From a virus: a stretch of DNA of 64,000 nucleotides. Under the pieces are notes generated by a model. It was not told the DNA's origin. It was given only the letters and a program-made list of their open reading frames with translations, and did no database searches. Of this stretch, positions 19,527-29,542 are shown one piece after another (positions within the stretch are counted from its first letter, which is position 1; every line of letters starts with the position of its first letter). The position numbers and the translations under genes were made by a program. The stretch is taken from IMG/VR virus record IMGVR_UViG_3300036770_008728, positions 20,407 to 84,406 of that record. One strand, written 5' to 3'.

Positions 19527-19787
19527 CGATTATGTATAGTCTGGGCACAAATGACAAGGTGGATTGTCTGTTATTTGTACTATTTAGCCATTAGGATTTA
19601 AAACAAAATTAAGAGCGCCAAAGGGCGAACTTTTAGTGTCAGAGGGATTTGCACGGATCGCCACTGACCATTAGGATTAACAAACATCTGTTTGTCATGG
19701 GGCTGTACATCGGCCCCTATAACTTGCTCTGTAAACCGGAGCCATTTGCTTCTAAAACGAAGTAACGAACCATTAGGATTAACAATT

Positions 19788-20114
19788 ATGCTGCACTTCT
19801 ACAGTCAAGCTGATCATCAGCTGTACCTCCAAGCTATATCCCAGCCAGTCACCGGCAAAGCACTACAGGAAATGGTTAACCGCAAAATTAGCGGCGATGA
19901 GCCACGCTCGTTATTCCTGGCGCCGGGTAATTCCAGTACAGACAAAGACGCGAATGGTGTCTCTACGTATTTCGACTGGATGTGGTTCAAAACTCCCTAC
20001 AACGAAGAGGGCCAGCCAATTCCTGTTGTTATTGGCCAGACAGATTTAAAGCCATACCGGATTATGAACGGCGGTTTTCTGCTGAGTAACGGTCAGTGGT
20101 CTTCACACTCGTAA
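19788..20114 (+). CDS. Hypothetical early protein
   Basis: Leader motif before ATG 19788. Confidence 0.7.
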   Translation: MLHFYSQADHQLYLQAISQPVTGKALQEMVNRKISGDEPRSLFLAPGNSSTDKDANGVSTYFDWMWFKTPYNEEGQPIPVVIGQTDLKPYRIMNGGFLLSNGQWSSHS

Positions 20115-20171
20115 GATTTTTCGGAGCCCTGTAAACCGGGGTTTTTTTGACTAACCATTAGGATTAACATC

Positions 20172-20681
20172 ATGTTTCACATTTCAAAGCACATCTTCAA
20201 GCATCTGGAGTTCTTTGCTCTGGGCGCTCCGGAACCAGAATACGTCTTACCAAACCTTGAGCTGGATGCGGTGGCCCAGTTCGTGACTGACTTTGATATA
20301 GAAATCAAAGAAGTGGCCATTCAAGGTGAATGTTGGGCTATGTGTGATGTCACACGAACTCCATCTCTTTGCAACGTGGTCAATATCCGAGTGGCTGAGC
20401 CAGTAGTAAAACCCCCACCGAAGCGTAATTTCTACAGCGATGCGATGTTTATCCAAGGGGGGGCCAGCAACCCTCGGGCAATCGTCAACACCATTCAAGA
20501 CTTCATGAAAGGCCCATTGAAGGATTTCGGTACTGATGCGCTGCGAAGTGATCCTGGCCTGCGTTTGATGGTGCATCAGCTGGCTTATCTGATGAATGTG
20601 TACGAAATGGACAGCCGCCCGTTGATTTACAGTGAGGTGTGCGAGGCCTGTGTGAAACTGGGTAATGGTGAACCGCAATGA
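20172..20681 (+). CDS. Hypothetical early protein
   Basis: Hairpin plus leader motif upstream. Confidence 0.7.
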   Translation: MFHISKHIFKHLEFFALGAPEPEYVLPNLELDAVAQFVTDFDIEIKEVAIQGECWAMCDVTRTPSLCNVVNIRVAEPVVKPPPKRNFYSDAMFIQGGASNPRAIVNTIQDFMKGPLKDFGTDALRSDPGLRLMVHQLAYLMNVYEMDSRPLIYSEVCEACVKLGNGEPQ

Positions 20682-20947
20682 GTGAAGTGATTTTGGATGG
20701 TGTGACCTTCGAGGTCAATATTGAGAGTGGTAACGCCGCACTGGTGCAGGACCCGAACGCAGAAGTCATCCGAATCCTGCAGAAGATCATTGCGGTGCTG
20801 GCAGACAATCCACCGGCCAGTGGTGTGGGTGGTGTCGTGAAGGACATCAACGGCAATACCGTGGGCGACTGGGGTCTGTACGTTGAGACCAAACAGCAAG
20901 ACGACGAAGGTGAGTTGGACTTGCCGTATCGTGACGTGAACGTTTAA
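20678..20947 (+). CDS. Hypothetical phage protein
   Basis: Coupled ORF; GNAA...EVIRIL...DINGNTVG. Confidence 0.65.
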   Translation: MSEVILDGVTFEVNIESGNAALVQDPNAEVIRILQKIIAVLADNPPASGVGGVVKDINGNTVGDWGLYVETKQQDDEGELDLPYRDVNV

Positions 20948-20967
20948 CAATCAGGGGATTAACAAAC

Positions 20968-21186
20968 ATGAAAAAAGGTTTTTTGGCCGCGCTGTTCGCC
21001 GCTACGGTGTCGTTCATAGTTCCGGATAATCGCCGGCAAAAGCGCAAACCTCAGCATTACCGGGCACTGCCGGAAACCAGTACCGGAACGCCAATGCCGG
21101 TAGTAAAAACCCCACCGATGACTGAAGCGGATGCGAAGCGTGTGAAACAGCGGCACCGTCAGCGTAAAGCGAAGCGGGGTTACTGA
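20968..21186 (+). CDS. Small basic protein
   Basis: Leader motif before ATG. Confidence 0.6.
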   Translation: MKKGFLAALFAATVSFIVPDNRRQKRKPQHYRALPETSTGTPMPVVKTPPMTEADAKRVKQRHRQRKAKRGY

Positions 21187-21187
21187 G

Positions 21188-21517
21188 ATGCGGGGAGCAA
21201 ATACAGCCGGCGGTTTTAATCACCGCCGCCATGATGTGGCCCGTCGTGAACTGCAGGAACTGAGCGCTGTCATCCAACTGAATTATGTCCCTTCACGGAA
21301 TTTGAATGGTGATGTGGAGCTGCGTGGTGGTGGTTTTATGGTCACGTTCCGTGAGGCTGAAACGGTGCAGGTTGTGTTTGTCTGGGCGGATTCCGTTGCC
21401 CAGGCCCGGCACAAAGCCGCGAAGTACTGCACGTTGGTCAAAGTTGAAGAAGTCGTAGCTCGGCCAACGGGTTTGACCTCTGCCAACCGTGCTGTGGGTC
21501 TTATCCAAAACAATTAG
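21188..21517 (+). CDS. Hypothetical protein
   Basis: ORF filling the operon. Confidence 0.45.
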   Translation: MRGANTAGGFNHRRHDVARRELQELSAVIQLNYVPSRNLNGDVELRGGGFMVTFREAETVQVVFVWADSVAQARHKAAKYCTLVKVEEVVARPTGLTSANRAVGLIQNN

Positions 21518-21561
21518 TCCTGTACATCGGGACTGTCACTAACCATTAGGATTAACAAATT

Positions 21562-22194
21562 ATGCCGTGGCAAACTTTCAAACACATCAAAGACGTGCGT
21601 AAAAGCCGTTTCTCTAAAGTCATTCGTTCAGCCATTACCCTCAACGAAGCTACGCAGCTTCAGGTGGTCTTCGATATCCAGATAGCGCAGCGCCGAAATA
21701 CTTTTGAATACCACGGGGACCATCAGGCCATTGCCCGTTGGCGCTGGATGAAGCGCAAGCTGAAAAAACTGGTTGCCTCCGGCGTCATCCCGCCGGAATA
21801 CAACAAGCTTGGCTCTAAAGTGACCCGGGATTTCTATTCCCGAAATCGTTATTACTACGACAGTCGTCTGACCTCTGAAGACGGCTGGGAGCAATACGAC
21901 ACGGACCAAGATGCGTGGTACTTCGGCGTGTGGGTGAATCTGCGTGAGCGGAAGACTTTCAGCTATGTCGAGGGCGATCTGATTCTGGTCGAGTCTCCAA
22001 CGCAGGAAATCTTCATTGCTGAGCTGAAGCAAATGGCGGAGTTCTACGAACCGGCTCGGGCCTTCAGCACCATCGATGAGGATGGAACGGTGACACGTCA
22101 CTACTGCTCACGTCCTGGCGATGACCTGATTGGTTTCTCCATTGAAGAATGGGTGGCCAAGCAGCAGGCCCAGAAGGAGGCGGTGAATGCCTAA
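21562..22194 (+). CDS. Hypothetical early protein
   Basis: Hairpin plus leader motif; GWEQYDTDQDAWYFGVWVN segment. Confidence 0.75.
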   Translation: MPWQTFKHIKDVRKSRFSKVIRSAITLNEATQLQVVFDIQIAQRRNTFEYHGDHQAIARWRWMKRKLKKLVASGVIPPEYNKLGSKVTRDFYSRNRYYYDSRLTSEDGWEQYDTDQDAWYFGVWVNLRERKTFSYVEGDLILVESPTQEIFIAELKQMAEFYEPARAFSTIDEDGTVTRHYCSRPGDDLIGFSIEEWVAKQQAQKEAVNA

Positions 22195-22396
22195 GTACCA
22201 TATCACCTCGCCCAAAAAGCCCGAAGGCGCTGTGTTTGATGAAAAGCAGTTCGCGGAATTTCTGGTCTGGCTTTTCAAATGCCAGAGCGAAGAACAGACC
22301 AAGCAGCTGATGAAGTTCCGTCACGAACTGCACGAAAAGGGCAAACACAGCTTCCCTGAGCACGGTGTAGAAATCACTGTGATGGAGTCTGCGTGA
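22187..22396 (+). CDS. Hypothetical protein
   Basis: GGAGG SD; coupled ORF. Confidence 0.6.
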   Translation: MPKYHITSPKKPEGAVFDEKQFAEFLVWLFKCQSEEQTKQLMKFRHELHEKGKHSFPEHGVEITVMESA

Positions 22397-22469
22397 AACT
22401 AATGCTTATGCAGCTGTCAGCAATCCTGCTGGTAGTCAGCTGCCTAATTTTGATTGTCTGGGAAACCCT

Positions 22470-22871
22470 ATGCTGGCTTGGCCGGCGAATTCGGAGATGG
22501 TTATGACGGAAATAACAGAAGACCAACGTTTGGCTTTGTTGGAAAGCACGATGCGGGAATATTCGGACACCTTGGGTGACCACCACTGGCAGGCCGCTGA
22601 AGGATTAAAAAAGCTGCGTCAGTTCCTGAATACAGACGTGATGCAGAAGCCGGAAATAGGCGAAGTTCTGGAGCGAGCGCGGGATTTAATCGAAGCTGGC
22701 ACCGATACGCTGGAAGACGAAATTGCCATGTTGTGGGATTTAGTCGGTGCTCTGTCAGGACATGTGAATCGTGCTGAGTTCGATGAGATCATGATTAAGG
22801 GTCTACATCAAGCTCAGGAAAATATGCAGTACGCCCCCCAAGACGAAGAGAACGGTGACTGGAATGTGTGA
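22470..22871 (+). CDS. Hypothetical protein (start may be downstream)
   Basis: Helical acidic ORF. Confidence 0.55.
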   Translation: MLAWPANSEMVMTEITEDQRLALLESTMREYSDTLGDHHWQAAEGLKKLRQFLNTDVMQKPEIGEVLERARDLIEAGTDTLEDEIAMLWDLVGALSGHVNRAEFDEIMIKGLHQAQENMQYAPQDEENGDWNV

Positions 22872-23124
22872 TTGCAAAACGAAATATGAAGAAGAAATCG
22901 TTAAAAGTGCCAAGGAGCAGTTGCCGGATTCAACTGACCACACGGCAGAGCTGCAGGGATATGTGCTGGGTATCCAAAAGGGTACGAATGACATCGTACA
23001 GCGTCAGGCAATGCAGGTCGTGATTAAGTACACGGCACATCGCAAAGGTGTCTCGCGTTCGAAAAAGCTGGTTCAAAGTGTGATGGCCAGCTTCTGCATG
23101 TTCTGTGGCGCTTCGTTGAAATAA
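22855..23124 (+). CDS. Small Cys-containing (zinc-binding?) protein
   Basis: MCDC and FCMFCG motifs. Confidence 0.6.
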   Translation: MTGMCDCKTKYEEEIVKSAKEQLPDSTDHTAELQGYVLGIQKGTNDIVQRQAMQVVIKYTAHRKGVSRSKKLVQSVMASFCMFCGASLK

Positions 23125-23182
23125 ACCGGCCCCCGCCAAAGGGGTGGGGCCTTTAGTACCCTAACCATTAGGATTAACGAAT

Positions 23183-23986
23183 ATGAGTAATTATTACGGT
23201 TATACCGAAAAGTACTTAGACCAGTGGCCGCGAATGGTGGAGCTTGAAACACTCTTTCCAGTCGCAGGGTATCGGGCTGGAATGTGGCATGGTGCGGTTA
23301 TTTCGGAAGATTTGAAAACCGTAGTAACCCCGTCACACAACGTAAACATGAATGACCCTATTGGCCATTTATTAGGTATCTGGGATTCTGGGTATGTCCC
23401 AGACCCGCTGTTTGAGAGCTCTGCAGGTGTTTTTGGTCGCTTTCTTCAATATAGTTATAACCGTACAAGTGATCCCTTCGCAGATGACCCGTTTTTGGAT
23501 CAAATCAAGGGCGGTTTTACCTTCACAGGGAACCATCTTCAAATTTCTCACGGGTTCACTATCTACACTGCGAATTTAGACTTGGCTAAGTATCTGTTAA
23601 CCCGGCTGTCTGAAATTTTTTCCAGGGATGTGTACTGTACAAGCGCTCTATTAGCCAGACATGGACGCACCCAGGCACACCATCTTTACTACTCAAAATT
23701 ATATGGTTTCTCGACAGTACGTGGAGATCAGCACGAGCAGATCCAGCAGATTTTGTCGGGCCAAGTCCTGTGTAAGGCCTCAGACCATCATAACCGACAG
23801 TCTTGGATTACGTACCTGGCCAGTGAAGCCACCTACTTGGGGTTTCGAAAAGATGTCGATTTGGGCGAATTTCTTCGCAAGAAATTATCTGACCCCGAGG
23901 AGTACTTTAACCAGAAGTTACCTTGGAATTATTCACCGAAGTATCCGGTGATTTCTAACTACTTACTCGACCAGTACGTAGGTTAA
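23183..23986 (+). CDS. Hypothetical protein (AT-richer cassette)
   Basis: Bounded on both sides by hairpin plus leader motif. Confidence 0.75.
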   Translation: MSNYYGYTEKYLDQWPRMVELETLFPVAGYRAGMWHGAVISEDLKTVVTPSHNVNMNDPIGHLLGIWDSGYVPDPLFESSAGVFGRFLQYSYNRTSDPFADDPFLDQIKGGFTFTGNHLQISHGFTIYTANLDLAKYLLTRLSEIFSRDVYCTSALLARHGRTQAHHLYYSKLYGFSTVRGDQHEQIQQILSGQVLCKASDHHNRQSWITYLASEATYLGFRKDVDLGEFLRKKLSDPEEYFNQKLPWNYSPKYPVISNYLLDQYVG

Positions 23987-24041
23987 TTTTCCCCCGCCAA
24001 AGGGTGGGCTCTTTACTACCAACCATTAGGATTAACAAATC

Positions 24042-24521
24042 ATGTCAAAAACCAAAGGTATTGCACCGCTCAATCTGATTTACACGTTCATTTCCCACAA
24101 TGAAGGCGAACGTCCTTACATCTGCACCCAGGGTCTGGAAGTTCAGAGCTTCAAGATGTCTCAAACTGAGACCACGTTCGGTTTCGGCAACGATAGCGTG
24201 AAGATTGACGATGAACCGATGCAGGCCTACGCCGACAATCCGACGCCAGAAACATTGGAAGCGATGGCAGCAGCCATTCACCGGACGATGCACTTTGCCT
24301 TGTTGAATTCTGGCATGGCCGTGGCCGGGATGCGCTGGCCGGTGACTGAAGAAATCTACTGGTACTTCCTCGAAATCCTCCCGCCGATGGATTACCACAA
24401 GTCTGAAGGCTTCCGTATTTGTGAAGCCAAAGGAACGGACCCCCTGGGGAACTACATCCGTTCGGCTTACTACTTCGAAAACGGCACCTACTGGCACGAA
24501 TACGTGGCGGATAAGAAATGA
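24042..24521 (+). CDS. Hypothetical protein, DUF1419-like C-terminus
   Basis: VTEEIYWYFLEILPPM...FRICE; leader motif. Confidence 0.55.
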   Translation: MSKTKGIAPLNLIYTFISHNEGERPYICTQGLEVQSFKMSQTETTFGFGNDSVKIDDEPMQAYADNPTPETLEAMAAAIHRTMHFALLNSGMAVAGMRWPVTEEIYWYFLEILPPMDYHKSEGFRICEAKGTDPLGNYIRSAYYFENGTYWHEYVADKK

Positions 24522-24699
24522 GCCGGCGCCGGTTTGGTGGTGTTGCACAGCTGGTACTCCGGCTGTGTCTTTTCTGGTTTGGCGTTGTTCTGTTTGTGGC
24601 GGTGGTAGTCAGCCGCCTACCAGATCGAGTGCCCTGTAAAACCGTTGAGTGGACCGCGCAGCAAGATGCTGTGTGTATTACTCGTGATGTGGGAGGTGA

Positions 24700-24921
24700 A
24701 TGATGTCAAGAATGGATATGTGTCGCTGTAACACTTGCGGGTCGACGTTTAAGGTCTCTGCATGTATCCCTGACTTTGGTAATCACGATGGTTGGGAGTT
24801 ACCACCCTCAACACAGCACTACTGCCCGAACTGTCCCGATGCCGAGGCTATTGACGATTATTTCTATTCTGAAAGCCCTACAAACAACGTACAGCAAGGG
24901 GAGGTTCCCGATGTCAGTTGA
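24700..24921 (+). CDS. Small zinc-finger protein
   Basis: CNTC and CPNC; GGAGG SD. Confidence 0.6.
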   Translation: MMSRMDMCRCNTCGSTFKVSACIPDFGNHDGWELPPSTQHYCPNCPDAEAIDDYFYSESPTNNVQQGEVPDVS

Positions 24922-25258
24922 ATCCTACCCAACGAAAGCCCGGTTCTACCTGCTGACGATGGTACTGCAGATTGACTCTGGGCTGGCTTACGGCGGCTTT
25001 GAGTGGCACGAGAAATACGTGGCCAAGATACCGGCTGAGCTTTCGAACGAGGCGCTGCTGAATGCTCTTATGGCCGTGAACCGCAGCTTAAGCTCGGCGG
25101 TTTTGATTAAAACCGGCTCGGGCCACCGGTTAAAGCTGGGTAATTGCCTGATATTTGCGACCCGAACTGAACTCCGGCCGACGACGGCCAAAGAGCTCTT
25201 GGAGCAAAAAGTACTGCCATTACTAAATTTTCAACACAAGGTGGAGGTGGCCCTGTGA
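24911..25258 (+). CDS. Hypothetical protein
   Basis: GGAGG SD before ATG 24911. Confidence 0.55.
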   Translation: MSVESYPTKARFYLLTMVLQIDSGLAYGGFEWHEKYVAKIPAELSNEALLNALMAVNRSLSSAVLIKTGSGHRLKLGNCLIFATRTELRPTTAKELLEQKVLPLLNFQHKVEVAL

Positions 25259-25695
25259 GTGTTAAACAGATTCAAGCACGATTTCAAAGTATGCGCTTTG
25301 AAATCGACAATTTAACCAGCGCTAACCAGAACCTGAAGTCCCAGCTGGATGACGCCACAACGTTACTCAACACCATTCGTCACAGCCTGGGTGCTCAACC
25401 GGGTGAAACGGCGCTGGATACAGTGAATCGTGTTGTTGCTCTGTATCAGGATCGGGCTGAAAAAGCTGAAACAAATGTTCGACTTTTTAAATCACGGAAT
25501 ACCGTGTTGGGGAATATCGTTTTAGAACGAACCGTCGACGCGGGGCGTATCAATGCTTTGGAGGCGGCGTTGTCTGTACTCCAGTTTGCAGCTTTCTTGG
25601 TGTGTGAAACCGATGAAAACCTTAAGAGGGTACTCATCGACACGCTGAAAATTCACAACGATGCGCCTGAAGAATTTAAGGACCTCAAACCATGA
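25255..25695 (+). CDS. Coiled-coil hypothetical protein
   Basis: GGAGG SD; GTG start. Confidence 0.6.
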   Translation: MSVKQIQARFQSMRFEIDNLTSANQNLKSQLDDATTLLNTIRHSLGAQPGETALDTVNRVVALYQDRAEKAETNVRLFKSRNTVLGNIVLERTVDAGRINALEAALSVLQFAAFLVCETDENLKRVLIDTLKIHNDAPEEFKDLKP

Positions 25696-26102
25696 ACCTA
25701 CGTGAACAATTAAGTTTTGGGCGTGGTGTCCGCTGCTTTATCAATCAGCCGAGTACACTACAGCCATTGCATCAATACAGTGGCCAGCGTTGTATTGCCT
25801 TTCAGGGCGATCATTCACCGGAAAGCGGTATGGTCGATATCTACTTCACTCATGGTGAAGTGAGTTCCATAGTGGCGCCCATTTTGAGTCTGAGCCCACT
25901 GCATAGCCCAGGAGACAAAGAGCTGTATGTCGTTTGTGGTTATGACGGTGATTACGATAACCAGTGGACTCGGCTTATCGAGGCAGATAGTTATGATGCT
26001 GCTGAGACTCGGCTGAGGGACACCCATTTTCCGGACGTGAACAAGGTCCACATACACTTCTCGGGACGACTGACCGATATGTTAAACAACGTTCTGAAAT
26101 AA
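25692..26102 (+). CDS. Hypothetical protein sharing a C-terminal domain with the next gene
   Basis: LYVVCGYDGD...HFPD..IHF..LT.ML. Confidence 0.65.
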   Translation: MNLREQLSFGRGVRCFINQPSTLQPLHQYSGQRCIAFQGDHSPESGMVDIYFTHGEVSSIVAPILSLSPLHSPGDKELYVVCGYDGDYDNQWTRLIEADSYDAAETRLRDTHFPDVNKVHIHFSGRLTDMLNNVLK

Positions 26103-26125
26103 ACCCTCAGAGGAAATAAATCCAA

Positions 26126-26521
26126 ATGACTGAACAAAAACACTCACCCATAGATATTGGTGTTCGACTGAATTTGACGAGCAACTTCAACAAGGAAGCT
26201 GGTTTGCTTGAACTCACGGTTGAATCAAAAATCAACTCTGTCACGGAGCAGCTGAGTCGTGATGTCTTCAACCTGCGGGAGCAAGCGCTTCGCAATGCGT
26301 TGATTGAGCTGGGCTGGATCCCCCCAGAAACGGCTGAAAAGCTCTATCTGGTGTCCGGCTATGTTGGAGATCCAGAATCCACGCAAACCAGCCTGGTTGA
26401 GGCGCCGAACTCGAAGGTGGCCGAGGACATCTTTGTTCGTAAGCACTTTCCCGATGAGATGAACTGGGACATCCATTTTGTCGAGACATTGACCAACCTA
26501 CTGGCCGATTCGCTGAAATAA
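26126..26521 (+). CDS. Hypothetical protein sharing a C-terminal domain with the previous gene
   Basis: LYLVSGYVGD...HFPD..IHF..LT.LL. Confidence 0.65.
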   Translation: MTEQKHSPIDIGVRLNLTSNFNKEAGLLELTVESKINSVTEQLSRDVFNLREQALRNALIELGWIPPETAEKLYLVSGYVGDPESTQTSLVEAPNSKVAEDIFVRKHFPDEMNWDIHFVETLTNLLADSLK

Positions 26522-26573
26522 CCACGGTCCTGCCAAAGGGTGGGACTTTCACAACCATTAGGATTAACAAACT

Positions 26574-27044
26574 ATGAAATCTCCGTATCAGGTGTACGTG
26601 TTCAACCTCAATGATTTTGCAACACTGTCGGCTGCAATGGCGGCCAGTTCAGAGATCCCCGAGAACGAGACCGGCCACTACCAGGCGCATTCGTTTGCAA
26701 CAAAGGACGAGCGGTTATCGTTCATTGATGGGGTAAAAGCCGTCAATTCATTGCCCGGTCCTCACCATTTTGATGCAGTGCCTCTGGATTATTACCTGCT
26801 GCAGGTTTACCGCGGTGCGGACTTTGACGAGAGCTATACAGCGGCTCGTGAAGACGGCGCTGTATATGACCTGGGTGTACGAGTCTCAATCGAAGAATTG
26901 AAGAATACGGATTTGCTGTCTTCATACCTGCGAATTGGGAACCGTACCGAGCGGTGTATCAATGATGGTCAGTCCAACATTCAGATGCTGCTGGTAAACC
27001 CTTTTGAGCCGTCAGAGTTTTATCGCTTAGAAGACCTTCTTTAA
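26574..27044 (+). CDS. Hypothetical early protein
   Basis: Hairpin plus leader motif. Confidence 0.7.
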   Translation: MKSPYQVYVFNLNDFATLSAAMAASSEIPENETGHYQAHSFATKDERLSFIDGVKAVNSLPGPHHFDAVPLDYYLLQVYRGADFDESYTAAREDGAVYDLGVRVSIEELKNTDLLSSYLRIGNRTERCINDGQSNIQMLLVNPFEPSEFYRLEDLL

Positions 27045-27068
27045 TCAAACAATTCGGGATTAACAAAC

Positions 27069-28427
27069 ATGACAGAGCAGGTTAGCTATACCCAGCTGAA
27101 AGGGCACCGGGGCGGCGTTCGCCTTTGGATTGAAGGTAGTAAATTATCTACCGCCGGCTTCAAACGTGAAGCTCGTTACAACCGCGTCATCAATGGTGAT
27201 GAGATTCACCTGCAGCTGGCGACGAACGGGGAATTCAAAGTCTCTGGCCGCAGCCGCAACGGTGTTGACATTCCCATCATCGACATGTCGTTGGGCCGGC
27301 ATAAAGATTTTCCGGAAGGCACTCGTATCCGTGCCGTGTTCTCCAGCGGCAACATCCATATCAGCATCCACCACGAAGACGCGGCACAGAAAGCCCGTGA
27401 AGAGCGCTTTGTGGCCAATGCCTCATCTGGCCAGTTGAGTGAAGGTTCGGCCTGTACCGGCGGTGGCATCAGCACTGCAGCGGTTCACATGGCGGTGGGT
27501 GATGCCGGATTTAATTCCCGGGTCGCCTGGGTGGTCGATACAGAGATTAAGTATCTGCAGTCCGCCTACGCTCAGAACTTCGCTATCACCGATGAAACGG
27601 TGTGTTTTGAGGCCCGACTGGAAGAGCTGGAGCCACACCTGCTGTCGCCGGTGGATATCTTCAGCTTCAGTCTGCCGTGTGCCGGCTTCAGCCGGTCCGG
27701 TACCAGTAAGCATGGCTTGAGTCCGGAAGAGCACGAATCGGGCGTCAGCTTGTTTGGGCTGATGTCGATGATCCGCGCTGCAAATCCGGCGGTCCTGTTC
27801 TCCGAAAACGTTCGGGAAGCACAGGGCAGTCCGATGTACATCCTGATGCAGCAGGAGCTGATCCGCCGTGGTTACCGGATTGTTGAAGCGGTTCTGGATA
27901 ACAGCCACACCGGCACCTTTGAAAACCGGCAACGTTACTGGTTCATGGCTATTTCAAATGGTCTGCCTGCTGAGCTGCTGGCCGATGTCTTTAAGATGGA
28001 ACCGGCCCGCAAGTTCCACAAATTGGCCGAGCTGCTGGACGCCGAGGTTCCGGACGATGTGTGGGCGGATAACCAGTACCTCAAAGACAAGCAGGTGCGG
28101 GACCAGGCCGCAGGCAAAGGATTCGCAACCAGACAGCTTCTGAGCGGTTCTGAGAGCAAGGTTGGTACCATCGGTCGCTTCTATCACAAACGTCGCAGCA
28201 CAGAGCCATTCGTTGTGAATGCTGAGGGGAAAGAGCGCCTGCTGTCGGTCGCTGAACATGCCCGCTGCAAATCCATCCCTGAAGTGCTGGTGGCCAAATG
28301 CAATATGACCACCGGCCATGAAATCCTGGGCCAGTCGGTGGATTTCCAACAGGCCCTTCAACCCATGTACCGACTGATGGTGGCTGTCCGCCGCTGGCTC
28401 GGTATGGACTTAGCGGAGGCTGTATGA
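27069..28427 (+). CDS. DNA cytosine-5 methyltransferase with extra N-terminal domain
   Basis: LPCAGFS (motif IV), ENV (VI), ENRQR (VIII-like), LGQSV (X). Confidence 0.85.
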   Translation: MTEQVSYTQLKGHRGGVRLWIEGSKLSTAGFKREARYNRVINGDEIHLQLATNGEFKVSGRSRNGVDIPIIDMSLGRHKDFPEGTRIRAVFSSGNIHISIHHEDAAQKAREERFVANASSGQLSEGSACTGGGISTAAVHMAVGDAGFNSRVAWVVDTEIKYLQSAYAQNFAITDETVCFEARLEELEPHLLSPVDIFSFSLPCAGFSRSGTSKHGLSPEEHESGVSLFGLMSMIRAANPAVLFSENVREAQGSPMYILMQQELIRRGYRIVEAVLDNSHTGTFENRQRYWFMAISNGLPAELLADVFKMEPARKFHKLAELLDAEVPDDVWADNQYLKDKQVRDQAAGKGFATRQLLSGSESKVGTIGRFYHKRRSTEPFVVNAEGKERLLSVAEHARCKSIPEVLVAKCNMTTGHEILGQSVDFQQALQPMYRLMVAVRRWLGMDLAEAV

Positions 28428-28879
28428 ACACCGGCAAGGTTTTTTACTCCAACTCACGGCGGTATTTGGAAGGCGTTGCCGCCGGCGTTGAGCATGTTGG
28501 CGACTCCGTTCTGGAAATTGGCGATATCGAGAAGTCCGATAAACCGGGCTACCCGCTCAAACTCGTCATTGAAGATCGTGAAGCCACGGAGCTGCACGAA
28601 GATTTCACCCATTTCGATGCCCGCAAAGGTATCCCGCATATCGAAATCGACAAGCTGTGCTTTGACGACCTAATGAAACTCGGGGAGGAAGGTTACTACT
28701 TCCCGAAAATTCAAAGTGCCCCAATGCACGAAAGCATGATTATCGACATGCAACTGCTGACACTCAACTGTACCGACGTTGACCGTGAATCGGTGATTGA
28801 TTTGCTGGTGCAGTTCACCGACATCCCCCGTAATACGTTGCGCCGGGTGGCCATGATTTACGTGAAGTGGGAGGTGTGA
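28424..28879 (+). CDS. Hypothetical protein
   Basis: Coupled ORF with GGAGG SD. Confidence 0.6.
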   Translation: MNTGKVFYSNSRRYLEGVAAGVEHVGDSVLEIGDIEKSDKPGYPLKLVIEDREATELHEDFTHFDARKGIPHIEIDKLCFDDLMKLGEEGYYFPKIQSAPMHESMIIDMQLLTLNCTDVDRESVIDLLVQFTDIPRNTLRRVAMIYVKWEV

Positions 28880-29313
28880 CGTGAACAATCCAATTCCACC
28901 ACACCTCCAGTTTAAAAAGGGCGACAAGCTGGTGTGTGTGAGTACCGTTCTGGGCTCGAATTTGGTTATTGGCCAGGTCTATGAAGCCACTGAGGACACA
29001 GAACCCGGCAATCACCATACACCAGATCCGTTTGTCTGGATTAAAGGTCGTAACGGGAATTCGGTCGGTTGTTACGCTTGGCGATTCGTAAAAGCGGAGG
29101 CCGCATGACCTGTGAGACCCCGAAGCCCATACGGATTGAGTGTTCTATCTACGGTTATTACTACCCGGACCGAACAACGTTCAGTTGTACTCACGGCGGT
29201 TGGGAAAGCCAAATCGTGCTGATAGACGACTCCACTTGCCGGGTTCGAGCGCTTGAACGTGTCTCGACCTATGAATTTCTTGAAAAACTTCCTGAAGAAT
29301 ACGGAGGCTAATT

Positions 29314-29514
29314 GTGACCGTCGATGAAATCAAAACGGCTGTTGAAGCCGGCCAGAAAGTTTTCTGGTGCAATCCTGGCTATCAAGTGATTAAGGACTCG
29401 ATTGGCCAGTACCTGATTAAATTCATCCCCAACGGCCACTGTATTGGCCTGACCGGGCAGGACGGTGTGACTTTAAACGGCGAACCCGACGAATTTTTTG
29501 TAGACAACAACTAA
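29314..29514 (+). CDS. Small phage protein
   Basis: GGAGG SD; MT..EIK.AVEAG.KV.W pattern. Confidence 0.6.
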   Translation: MTVDEIKTAVEAGQKVFWCNPGYQVIKDSIGQYLIKFIPNGHCIGLTGQDGVTLNGEPDEFFVDNN

Positions 29515-29542
29515 CCCGCAACAACCAGAAGGATTAACAAAC

